Sequence record: MG050172 | Reading direction: 5' to 3' (one strand) | DNA length: 45,814 nucleotides | DNA from: Escherichia phage DTL | Notes under the pieces: model-generated | What the model saw: the letters and a program-made list of their open reading frames with translations, nothing else | Told to the model about the DNA's origin: nothing | Database searches by the model: none | Part shown: positions 37,768 to 45,814 of the stretch, one piece after another | Layout of the letters: the number at the start of each line of letters is the position of its first letter | Position numbering within the stretch: the first letter of the stretch is position 1 | Made by a program: the position numbers and the translations under genes

Positions 37768-38563
37768 ATGGAGCTACAATCATGAATGATATGAAAACAG
37801 ACTGTGAACCACTTGTGTTTGGCGATATCACTACTGCATTACCAGTTGTTAATTCATATGCTCTTATTAATACGTAGGCATAACCATCACCATCGACAGA
37901 AAAATTACCTATTGTTGCAGTTTTGGCTGGTGAGCCATCTCCAGTTATTGAGCAAAATAATAGAGGTCTGAGTTCCCCAGTAGTGCCAGCGTAATTGGAG
38001 TATTTGTGACTAAGAGTTACCCTAAATGTAGTTCTGTCTTCAGCTCGTACAGAAGCAACGCCGAAGTTTGAAAAAGTAGATGAAAGCTCAGGAGCTATGC
38101 TGTTTGTTGATCTAACCATTCCAGATGCAATAACTCGATAAGTTGAGTATCTTGATGATCCTCCAACAATCTTAACTCTAGGATTTGAGAATGTGGAAAC
38201 CGTATTCGATTGCGCACCATTGTTTCCAACCCTGAAAAGAACAAGAACAGTGCTACCATTTATTGGCGCAACATATCTCATTACTTGCTCTGAGTTTCTA
38301 TTAGATACCGGTATTGGGTTAGAGTAAACAACATTTGATAGTGAATCAACGCAAATGTCAACGGAAGCGCCAGGTGAGCCTGTACATTTTGCTTTTACCC
38401 TAAACTCAATACAATCACCAGGGCCTATTAAATACTGCGCATATCTGTATGTTTCCACACCACTACAAACAAGAGTCCACGCGGATACATTACTCGTTCC
38501 AGATGGCGTTCTAGACACCCAAACTCCACTGTCGAAAGATGCAGTAGTCATTAAGTTGCTCAT
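37766..38563 (-). CDS. hypothetical protein co-transcribed with tail fiber
   Basis: Ser/Thr/Gly/Asn-rich; ATG 38563 after RBS AAGGA chosen over track start 38629. Confidence 0.4.
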   Translation of the reverse strand: MSNLMTTASFDSGVWVSRTPSGTSNVSAWTLVCSGVETYRYAQYLIGPGDCIEFRVKAKCTGSPGASVDICVDSLSNVVYSNPIPVSNRNSEQVMRYVAPINGSTVLVLFRVGNNGAQSNTVSTFSNPRVKIVGGSSRYSTYRVIASGMVRSTNSIAPELSSTFSNFGVASVRAEDRTTFRVTLSHKYSNYAGTTGELRPLLFCSITGDGSPAKTATIGNFSVDGDGYAYVLIRAYELTTGNAVVISPNTSGSQSVFISFMIVAP

Positions 38564-38579
38564 AAATGAATCCTTAAAA

Positions 38580-39956
38580 TTAGTTGAATGAGTAAATTGG
38601 CTCGTTAAACATAAACTTATTAAACCCATGACTTAGTGCTAGCCTTGCTGAAACTGGCGTATCAAGAGTCCATAGTGAGTGTTGCAATCCTGCCACCTCC
38701 AGCTTTTTCAAAAGCTCCTTACTTGCCCTCCACGCTTGAAACTGAATGTAGCACTTACCTAGAGATTTTCCATCCTGAATTACGGAGTCTGTAACTTCGC
38801 CATATATAAGGTATCCAACAGCTATATCTTTGTCTAGTTCTCTGACCTTTTGTAACTTGCTTATGTCAGCAGCGCAAAGAACGCACAAGTTTTCCATTCC
38901 AAGCTCTTTAACCATATCAACTACAATTGATGCGTCATCAGTACTTCTTAAATGAGCAAGTTCTGCGTAAATTTTACACCCTCTTGACTTGCAGAAGAGT
39001 AGTACATCATAGAGCAGTGGAACTGGTTCCCCTGCGTACCTATAGGTGCTGAATTTAGATCCAGCATCAAGACCAAGAACATATGAAGATTGAAGCTGTG
39101 TAGTAATGCCAGTTCCGTTGGTTGTTCTTGATACATTTTCATCATGCATTAGTACCGGAATACCATCCAAGGTAATTGAAATATCACATTCCAGAGCATT
39201 TGCCCCAAGTGAAAGCGAACCCTCCATTGCTGCCATTGTGTTTTCAGGGAAAACCAAAGAAAAACCACGATGAGCAATTAGTTCTTGCTTCTGATTTTCG
39301 TACCTGTCAGATTGCATTCTTGAGTAAACATCAATATTCTGCCTTGCTAGTGGCTTGTCCGTTAAATCAGAGAATGCCAAATCCTTTCTTAATAAGTTTT
39401 GCGTATCAAGTGATGCGGCATAATCTGCAGCTTCCAGAGCCGATTCCGCTGCCGCATCTTTATATGTTGATGCACTACTGGCGCTTGCAGCCGCTGCATC
39501 CTTGTCAGTTGAAACCTGAGATGCATCAGATGATACCTGAGCAGCAATAGTAACAATTTCTACAAATTGTGTGTTAACTTGGCTTACATCATTTGAAAAT
39601 TTATCCTGATCAAAATCCTTAAAAATATCAACCGCTGTTGAAACCTCTGTTTCGCGTGACTGATAATATCGAAGAGTCTCCGCAACATCCTGAGCCAACC
39701 CCTGAACACTAATTCCGTCATGCGCAAGGATCGCATAACCCGTTCCAACAGGAACAGTTTCGCCATTAGGGTTGTATACAGCCATTGATGTGTCACTGGT
39801 GATTTCAGAGATGGTGTAAATCTGTACTGGCTCCGTTTTAAAAACTAAGGTAGAACCAACTCTAATCAATGTTAGTGGCATAGTCCATTGAGTGCCAACG
39901 CCAGTAACTTGGCCGTTAGCGGCTAAACTGGCAGTACCAGTATCATAAATTGCCAT
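38580..39956 (-). CDS. tail fiber protein with C-terminal glycerophosphodiester phosphodiesterase (GDPD) domain
   Basis: GDPD signature AHRGFSLVFPENTMAAMEGSLSLGANALECDISITLDGIPVLMHDENV; ATG 39956 after RBS GGAG. Confidence 0.6.
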   Translation of the reverse strand: MAIYDTGTASLAANGQVTGVGTQWTMPLTLIRVGSTLVFKTEPVQIYTISEITSDTSMAVYNPNGETVPVGTGYAILAHDGISVQGLAQDVAETLRYYQSRETEVSTAVDIFKDFDQDKFSNDVSQVNTQFVEIVTIAAQVSSDASQVSTDKDAAAASASSASTYKDAAAESALEAADYAASLDTQNLLRKDLAFSDLTDKPLARQNIDVYSRMQSDRYENQKQELIAHRGFSLVFPENTMAAMEGSLSLGANALECDISITLDGIPVLMHDENVSRTTNGTGITTQLQSSYVLGLDAGSKFSTYRYAGEPVPLLYDVLLFCKSRGCKIYAELAHLRSTDDASIVVDMVKELGMENLCVLCAADISKLQKVRELDKDIAVGYLIYGEVTDSVIQDGKSLGKCYIQFQAWRASKELLKKLEVAGLQHSLWTLDTPVSARLALSHGFNKFMFNEPIYSFN

Positions 39957-40026
39957 TGTGTAAAGTCTCCATTTGTAAAATAGCACTAATTGCTAAGTTG
40001 GATTGTAGCATCTTTCAGGTATAAAA

Positions 40027-40043
40027 AAACCTCCAGAAGGAGG
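40027..40043 (-). terminator. rho-independent terminator for primase transcript
   Basis: On minus strand CCTCC-TTCT-GGAGG followed by T7. Confidence 0.6.
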
Positions 40044-40967
40044 TTAGCTATTCAATAAATCACTCGCCTTATATATCTTCTTCCTGATGCCGCTCTTGAA
40101 TGAGTATTCATCATTTGGTATTACCACCTCAACGTTCCTGTCATCCGCAACGCAAAGTAATTCCATATCAAGATTGCACGCCACTCTCAACTTGTAGTTT
40201 TTGAGCGCATAAGCAACCATCTCCATATTGTAGCTGGAGTGGCAAACAAGCGCGCAGCGGTTCCCAGTAGCAAGATGAACGCGAACACCATCAATCCAAT
40301 TATCGACAAGATAAGCGTACTCATCACTTTTAAAGGTACCAATAACAGCAACTGACTGACGGGTATAATCTTTTGCAGCATAACTAACAACTCCCTCTTC
40401 ATTTATAAACATTACATTGCACATCTCATCTGACAACCCATCACTATAAGCCATAAAGCACGGTATTGCGTGTATTAGTTCTCCTGATTTTGTCCTGCCA
40501 ACATCAAAACCAAACTCGCTATAGATTCCCTCGTATATACTGAGCGGAGTTGATTCTACTCTTTCCGTCCTTTCCATTATCTCTAAGCACCTTTTGTGGT
40601 CAATCTGAGCGCCCATTTTGTATAGTTTGGTTCTTGATGCTTGCTTGTTTGCTTTAACTATAACCTCAATTGGTGTTAAGTTCAGCCAGTCACCAAGCAA
40701 ATTTACTGAATCGGCGAAGGACGATCCAGTGCACTTCATGACCCATCCTATACCGGAGTCACTTCCGCATTTCGAACAAACTGCCGCGCCATTTCCTTTT
40801 TCACTGCCTATTTCGTCGGTAAATCTGAATCTGTCAGTGCCAAAGCAGTATGGGCATGGTCCGTGCTTCTTACTTAGGTGTCTATCATTCCAACCAAGTT
40901 CCTTTGCATAAAATGATTTCCACAATCCGGCCATCTTAGGTATAACTTCATTCTTATCGTAATTCAT
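40044..40967 (-). CDS. DNA primase (zinc-ribbon plus TOPRIM-like)
   Basis: Zn-binding CPYCFG...CSKCG at N-terminus; acidic TOPRIM-like C-terminal half. Confidence 0.65.
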   Translation of the reverse strand: MNYDKNEVIPKMAGLWKSFYAKELGWNDRHLSKKHGPCPYCFGTDRFRFTDEIGSEKGNGAAVCSKCGSDSGIGWVMKCTGSSFADSVNLLGDWLNLTPIEVIVKANKQASRTKLYKMGAQIDHKRCLEIMERTERVESTPLSIYEGIYSEFGFDVGRTKSGELIHAIPCFMAYSDGLSDEMCNVMFINEEGVVSYAAKDYTRQSVAVIGTFKSDEYAYLVDNWIDGVRVHLATGNRCALVCHSSYNMEMVAYALKNYKLRVACNLDMELLCVADDRNVEVVIPNDEYSFKSGIRKKIYKASDLLNS

Positions 40968-41443
40968 TTGCTTAACCCGTGATTTTCGTGAAAGTTGTAT
41001 TTTCTCTCTGCTTCAATTCTTACTTTATACGCCTGCTCTGGAGTATCGAAGTTCCCAAGGTGTAGCTGCTTGCCGTCAACCTTGATGTGAGCCTTAAATT
41101 TTCCGTGATTTAGCTTTGCCACTCCACAATAACCAGTTGTTGATAAAACGCTAATCTTGCAATTTCTTGAGTTACCTTGATTTGTTGTTACTCTTAGGTT
41201 TTCTATTCTGTTATCTAATTTGTTATGGTTTATATGATCAATGTAGTCGCCATTTTGAAGTTCTCCATTAAACATCTCCCACACAACTCTATGTACATAA
41301 GTCCTAAAGCCATTAACAGACACTTTGTAATAGCCAGATGTAGATAGTGAGTTGCACTCATCGCCAACCTTAACACGTCTTGCAGTGCTAATCTTCCAAT
41401 GCAATTTGCCATCTACATAGTAAAAATAATCATGCCAGTTCAT
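40964..41443 (-). CDS. HNH homing endonuclease
   Basis: Motif HRVVWEMFNGELQNGDYIDHINHNKLDNRIENLR. Confidence 0.8.
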   Translation of the reverse strand: MNWHDYFYYVDGKLHWKISTARRVKVGDECNSLSTSGYYKVSVNGFRTYVHRVVWEMFNGELQNGDYIDHINHNKLDNRIENLRVTTNQGNSRNCKISVLSTTGYCGVAKLNHGKFKAHIKVDGKQLHLGNFDTPEQAYKVRIEAERKYNFHENHGLSK

Positions 41444-41495
41444 TTTCTTCTCTCCAATAAAAAAAGGATGTACCGATTATGGCACATCCAATTAT

Positions 41496-41969
41496 TTACT
41501 CTTTAGCTTTTCGTGCGGCTTCGTTAGCTGCCTTAATCTTTCGCCATGATCGACACTCTGGCTTGGTGGCCAATTCAGCCTCGGTAACCACGCGAAGCAT
41601 GTGACGCTTCTTGCATCTAAGTGTCAGCGGCTTGCCGTTACCGTCGAATTGCAGGTCTGGGCGGCAGAATGTGGCTCGAAAGCCTTCTCCATTTCGCTTA
41701 TAGTAGTTGTGCGACAGCTGGGCACCGCGTGCAGAAATCATTCCACGCTTAAACCACTCCTCTACAGCCTGTGGAGTTACCTTTAACTGCTTTGCGATAT
41801 TCGCCTTTGTGCCGAAGAAATCAAGAACTATCTCGAGTCTCGCTCGTAGTCCGGATCTTACTTCATCTTTTAAAACGTAGTAACCTGAAGGTCGCTTCCG
41901 TTTCTTCTTGTCTTCAGTGCGGACAGTTCCGTTATTCCCGTTAATGGTTCGCTTGTCAACTGCATTCAT
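41496..41969 (-). CDS. putative HTH DNA-binding protein / transcriptional regulator
   Basis: Basic N-terminus and HTH-like ANIAKQLKVTPQAVEEWFKRG. Confidence 0.4.
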   Translation of the reverse strand: MNAVDKRTINGNNGTVRTEDKKKRKRPSGYYVLKDEVRSGLRARLEIVLDFFGTKANIAKQLKVTPQAVEEWFKRGMISARGAQLSHNYYKRNGEGFRATFCRPDLQFDGNGKPLTLRCKKRHMLRVVTEAELATKPECRSWRKIKAANEAARKAKE

Positions 41970-42070
41970 TTAATCACCTCAATAGCATTTTTTGTTAAAA
42001 GTCATTCTGATTTGATGGTAGTATTGTACTCAATTAAACGCTACAAGACAATTTTTATAGGAATTTAGAT

Positions 42071-44065
42071 ATGTTGCCTATCGAGAGGCTGGTTGCCAAC
42101 TTTGATAAAGAAAGAATTAAACAGATTCAGAAAGATTACCAGTTTGGCGAGATAACCCCTTACGAGTTCCAGTGCGTTACATTTGATGCTATCGGAAAGG
42201 CAATTGGGAAGTACGAAGCACCATTTATCGCTGACCTTTCCGTGTCTGCTGGTAAGACAATCATTCTTGCCATGATTGGTAAGCGCATGGAGCAGCTTGG
42301 GCTTCCTTATATGGTTCTATCTCGCCAGTCAGAGATAATCAGTCAGAACTCAGAAGAACTTCGTAATTTCGGCATCCGTAATAGCGTCTATTGCGCCGGC
42401 CTTAACGTTAAATCGGTTTACTACCCAATCATAGTTGCCAGTGAAGGTACGGCAGCCAACGGCTTGTTTAAGGGTCTTGGTGACTACGTTCCGGCCGTTA
42501 TCGCTATAGATGAGTGTCACATGGTCGATCATATGGATATTGTAGAGGCCGAAGAGAACGAAGAAACATTTGAGCAAATGAGCACAAAGAAAGGGGAGAT
42601 GGTTTTTAAGGATGGCGTAAATACCGGACTGCTTGGCACGGGTCGCGCGCAGTACACGCTAATCATTACTGAAATGAAGCGGCGTTGTCGTGAGAAATAC
42701 GGGCGTGAGCTTCGTATATTCGGTCTAACTGGCAGTCCGTATCGCAATAACGACCATATCGTCGTTAGTAATCCTAATATCCGTGGATTCTGGCGTAAAA
42801 CAGTAATTCAGGTCCCAACAAATTACCTGGTTGATTTGGGTTTTGTTGTTCCAACTGTTTACGGTGAGGTTGGTGATTTGGGATATGACCTTAGCGAATT
42901 CTCTCCTGATGGTAGTGATGGTGTGAAAGACTTTAGCAAGAAAGAAATGGAAGCGATGCAGGAAAAAATTCATCAAAACCAGTCCATGACTCAAAAGATT
43001 ATGCAGTTCGCAGCCAAGTTTATGGAAACTCGTAACGCAGCACTAGTAACTTGCTCAGGCAAGCGGCATTGCGAGGAAGCAGCAGCGGCGCTTCCTAAGG
43101 GTGTAACCTGGGCTATAGTAACTGACTCTACTGGTGAGAAAAAGCGTCGTGAGATTCTTTCTGACGCAGCTGAAGGTAAGTATAAATTCATCTTTCAGAT
43201 TGGTTGCCTCACAACCGGCGTGAACGTTCCGCCATGGGACACGTCAATAATTCTTCGAAAGGTTGGTAGCATCACGTTACTGATTCAGCTTTTGGGGCGA
43301 GGTATGCGAATTCTTAAGAAGAAGCATAAGGAAATGGGAATGGTTAAGGATGATCACGTGGTGCTGGACTTCGCTGGTACTCTTGATGAAATGGCGGAAT
43401 TGTACTTTGACCCAATCATAGAGGAAGTGCAGGACCAGAAATTTAAGTCTTCACGCAAAGGCGGCGATGAGCCAAGAATATGTCCGGCCTGTAGTTACGA
43501 GAACTCTCTTTTTGCTCGTCGTTGCAATAACGTAATTGACGGGAAGCGTTGTGAGCATTTTTTTACATTTCGCTTATGTGAAGATATAGAGGACCCGCAG
43601 ACAAAAGTTACTATTAAGAAAGGTTGTGGTGAAAAGAATGATATCGCCGCTAAAAACTGCCGCTGCTGCGGAGAAATGCTTATTGACCCTAACGCAAAAT
43701 TGTCTGGAAAGATGTATCGACAAGGTGATTGGTTGAGAGTTTACGGATTCAGCATTGGATTAACTAAAAACCAAACTGGAATAGTTGCTCGCTATGAAAT
43801 CATGTCGCATAGTGGGGATAGGTTTGTTGCTTACGAAACTTTCTTCCCAGAGAGTGACCATCGAGTTTGCTCTGTTAAGTGGAAGGCATTTTGCCAGGCG
43901 CACATCCAGAACAAAACGGAGGCATTTCGCATAGGAAGACTTCGCAATGCAAAAATGATTATGACTAACGCAAGTCAATTTCGTGAGCCAATGCGAGTGA
44001 CTCATAGAAAGAACCAGAAAGGTCAGGATATTATCGCCAATAAATCTTTTACTATGGAGGATTGA
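42071..44065 (+). CDS. SF2 DNA helicase (DExH-type) with C-terminal Cys-rich region
   Basis: Walker A SVSAGKT, Walker B/DECH IAIDECHMV, multiple CxxC pairs near C-terminus. Confidence 0.75.
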   Translation: MLPIERLVANFDKERIKQIQKDYQFGEITPYEFQCVTFDAIGKAIGKYEAPFIADLSVSAGKTIILAMIGKRMEQLGLPYMVLSRQSEIISQNSEELRNFGIRNSVYCAGLNVKSVYYPIIVASEGTAANGLFKGLGDYVPAVIAIDECHMVDHMDIVEAEENEETFEQMSTKKGEMVFKDGVNTGLLGTGRAQYTLIITEMKRRCREKYGRELRIFGLTGSPYRNNDHIVVSNPNIRGFWRKTVIQVPTNYLVDLGFVVPTVYGEVGDLGYDLSEFSPDGSDGVKDFSKKEMEAMQEKIHQNQSMTQKIMQFAAKFMETRNAALVTCSGKRHCEEAAAALPKGVTWAIVTDSTGEKKRREILSDAAEGKYKFIFQIGCLTTGVNVPPWDTSIILRKVGSITLLIQLLGRGMRILKKKHKEMGMVKDDHVVLDFAGTLDEMAELYFDPIIEEVQDQKFKSSRKGGDEPRICPACSYENSLFARRCNNVIDGKRCEHFFTFRLCEDIEDPQTKVTIKKGCGEKNDIAAKNCRCCGEMLIDPNAKLSGKMYRQGDWLRVYGFSIGLTKNQTGIVARYEIMSHSGDRFVAYETFFPESDHRVCSVKWKAFCQAHIQNKTEAFRIGRLRNAKMIMTNASQFREPMRVTHRKNQKGQDIIANKSFTMED

Positions 44066-44066
44066 T

Positions 44067-44540
44067 ATGAATTGGAATGACATTTTCGAGTATAGTGATG
44101 GGCAGCTATTCTGGAATGAGAAGGGAAAAAGCCGCAAGATGGGAGTGGCGGTTGGTGCCATTCGTGACAATGGTTATATCCAGGTAGGGTACAATCGCAA
44201 GCTGTACCTTGCTCATCGCATCGTGTGGGAAAAGCATAATGGGCCGATACCTGAGGGCATGATGGTAGATCACATAAACCATATTAGAGATGATAATAGG
44301 ATAGAAAACCTTAGATTGGTAAATTGCAAGGACAATACAAGAAACACCAGCATAAGGTCTGACAACAATACTGGTCACCACGGTGTTTGCTGGTGTAATC
44401 GCAGGCTTAAGTGGTACGCAAGGATAAATATTGACGGTAAAAATAAGTTTTTAGGTTACTTCATAACAAAAGCTATGGCCATAGAGGCAAGAAAGCAAGC
44501 CGAGAAGTTATATGGATTCCACGAAAACCATGGAGTTTAG
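44067..44540 (+). CDS. HNH homing endonuclease
   Basis: Motif HRIVWEKHNGPIPEGMMVDHINHIRDDNRIENLR. Confidence 0.8.
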   Translation: MNWNDIFEYSDGQLFWNEKGKSRKMGVAVGAIRDNGYIQVGYNRKLYLAHRIVWEKHNGPIPEGMMVDHINHIRDDNRIENLRLVNCKDNTRNTSIRSDNNTGHHGVCWCNRRLKWYARINIDGKNKFLGYFITKAMAIEARKQAEKLYGFHENHGV

Positions 44541-44961
44541 AGTGAAAATTACAGACAAGGTTGATTATATTGAGTTTTACCCAGGTCCAGTTAAGTCTTG
44601 CCCTAAAGAGGATGACGAACAAATCTTTTGCTCTGATTGGGTTAAGTATAACTATCCAGAGATGGTATTTTTCCACTGCGTGAATGAGGGTAAGAAAACC
44701 ATTGGACAAGCAAGAAAGGACCAGGCAAAAGGTTTGCTTAAGGGTGTCTCGGACTGCTTATTCCTGATACCTGAATCACTTAGAGGAAAGCACCCTTTCG
44801 GGGCAATAGAGCTAAAGAGAGCAGGAAAAACTCAGGCCAGTCCAGTCAGTGACGAGCAGAGGTCCTTCCTGAAAAGCGTAAGAGAATCAGGCGGTTTCGC
44901 GGCCGTAGCTTACGGACGTGAAGGATTTCTAGCGGCATTTAGAGAGATGATTTCAAAATAG
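44530..44961 (+). CDS. VRR-NUC domain nuclease
   Basis: Pattern DCLFLIPE...IELKRAGKTQASPVSDEQ; start ambiguous (44512 or 44530). Confidence 0.5.
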   Translation: MEFRVKITDKVDYIEFYPGPVKSCPKEDDEQIFCSDWVKYNYPEMVFFHCVNEGKKTIGQARKDQAKGLLKGVSDCLFLIPESLRGKHPFGAIELKRAGKTQASPVSDEQRSFLKSVRESGGFAAVAYGREGFLAAFREMISK

Positions 44962-45039
44962 CACGAATTGCTAAAGACGTTTCGGTGAGTTGGTGTATTA
45001 TCTATTCATCGAAACGAAACGCACAAAGAGAGAAATAAA

Positions 45040-45234
45040 ATGGCTACTATCTATACTGGCAAAATGTACGAATCACGCAAGACTGGTTATGAGTATGAAT
45101 TAGTAATCACCGCTGATGGTTATGTTCTTGACGATGGTGAAGGTTATTCTTTCGAAGTTACCCCGACTTACAAAGATGATTTAGAGACTGTTAAAAACGC
45201 ATATGGCGAAAAATTTGATGAGGTATCAGAATGA
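45040..45234 (+). CDS. hypothetical protein
   Basis: 64-aa ORF with promoter element and CATCGAAACGAAAC leader upstream. Confidence 0.4.
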   Translation: MATIYTGKMYESRKTGYEYELVITADGYVLDDGEGYSFEVTPTYKDDLETVKNAYGEKFDEVSE

Positions 45235-45471
45235 GAGAGGCAATCGTAAGCTGGAAAACCGGAGAAGATTCAAAGTTCTTCTTCAATACATTCTCACAAT
45301 ATATTGACAAGTTTTTTTTCGTGATTGATGGTGGATGTGATGTTGTTGTTCCAATTAAGCTGGTTGATGGATTGGAGGTATCAGAATTATATACAAGACA
45401 CTTTATTTGATAGCATTGGTTTTACTAGTAATTTCTCTAATTATAAACATATACAACGGAGTGACAAACTA

Positions 45472-45693
45472 ATGGCTATCTTTACATTTGAGAATCAATG
45501 GGAAGCATTCAAGTTAATGGCGATTCAGGAATTGCTTAAGGCTGGTTATAAAAAACACGCTCCATCACTGGCTGAATGCCTGGATTACAGTTTCGAGGAA
45601 GACTACCTGAACGCCGACATAGAGACATGGCGTGACCGTATGGTTGCAGACATTGCGGAAATGAAGAAAGATTGCCCGGAGGATTTTGAATAA
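45472..45693 (+). CDS. hypothetical protein
   Basis: Internal ATG with RBS GGAG in track ORF 45325..45693; N-terminal extent uncertain. Confidence 0.3.
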   Translation: MAIFTFENQWEAFKLMAIQELLKAGYKKHAPSLAECLDYSFEEDYLNADIETWRDRMVADIAEMKKDCPEDFE

Positions 45694-45814
45694 TGAAAAT
45701 TGTAGACAAAGAAATGTTTGAAATTGCACAGATTTATGCAAATCAGTCTGTTAAATATAGTGACAATTACCGCTGGATGTTAGCTAAAGAATACCTGAAA
45801 ATGGCATACGGATT
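45693..45814 (+). CDS. hypothetical protein, 3'-truncated by window end
   Basis: ATG overlapping previous stop (TAATG); open to the window edge. Confidence 0.3.
   Translation, partial: MKIVDKEMFEIAQIYANQSVKYSDNYRWMLAKEYLKMAYG

Noticed and set aside
1-45814. CRISPR array or cas genes
   Set aside because: No regularly spaced short direct repeats with unique spacers; the repeats present are a tandem 121-bp duplication, microsatellites and promoter-like elements.
1-45814. Integrase, repressor or other lysogeny module
   Set aside because: No tyrosine/serine recombinase-like ORF and no CI/Cro-like pair recognised; gene content looks strictly lytic.

Overview
This window reads as a nearly complete genome segment of a virulent, T1-like siphovirus of an enterobacterial host, with a lambda-like tail module. 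The call rests on gene content and order read by eye from the ORF track and sequence; no database search was run. Left to right: small early genes; a lysis cassette (holin, SAR endolysin, unimolecular spanin); a minus-strand block with an HNH endonuclease; a long plus-strand block of small early genes, a dNMP-kinase-like gene, tRNA-Arg(UCU), terminase small and large subunits, portal, head genes, major capsid, major tail protein, a G/GT tail chaperone pair with a -1 frameshift site, tape measure, M, L, K, I and J homologs; a minus-strand Cor-like lipoprotein operon; a recombination block (PD-(D/E)XK exonuclease, ERF, SSB); a minus-strand tail fiber with a glycerophosphodiesterase domain, primase and an HTH protein; then helicase and a VRR-NUC nuclease. 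Six HNH endonuclease genes are scattered through it. No integrase, repressor or CRISPR array was seen. The most interesting signals are not genes: (1) a composite intergenic element repeated about 15 times (palindrome ATAGCAC-N5-TTGCTAAA, 20-nt GC hairpin spacer, TATAGT-like -10, then CATCGAAACGAAAC), often embedding the stop codon of the upstream gene; (2) two homologous ~450-bp divergent control regions with iteron-like repeats and (AT)n/(ATT)n tracts; (3) a perfect 121-bp tandem duplication that frameshifts the L-like tail gene; (4) an in-frame TAA inside the kinase gene; (5) a tail fiber fused to a GDPD domain. All coordinates are hand-counted and may be off by a few bases.
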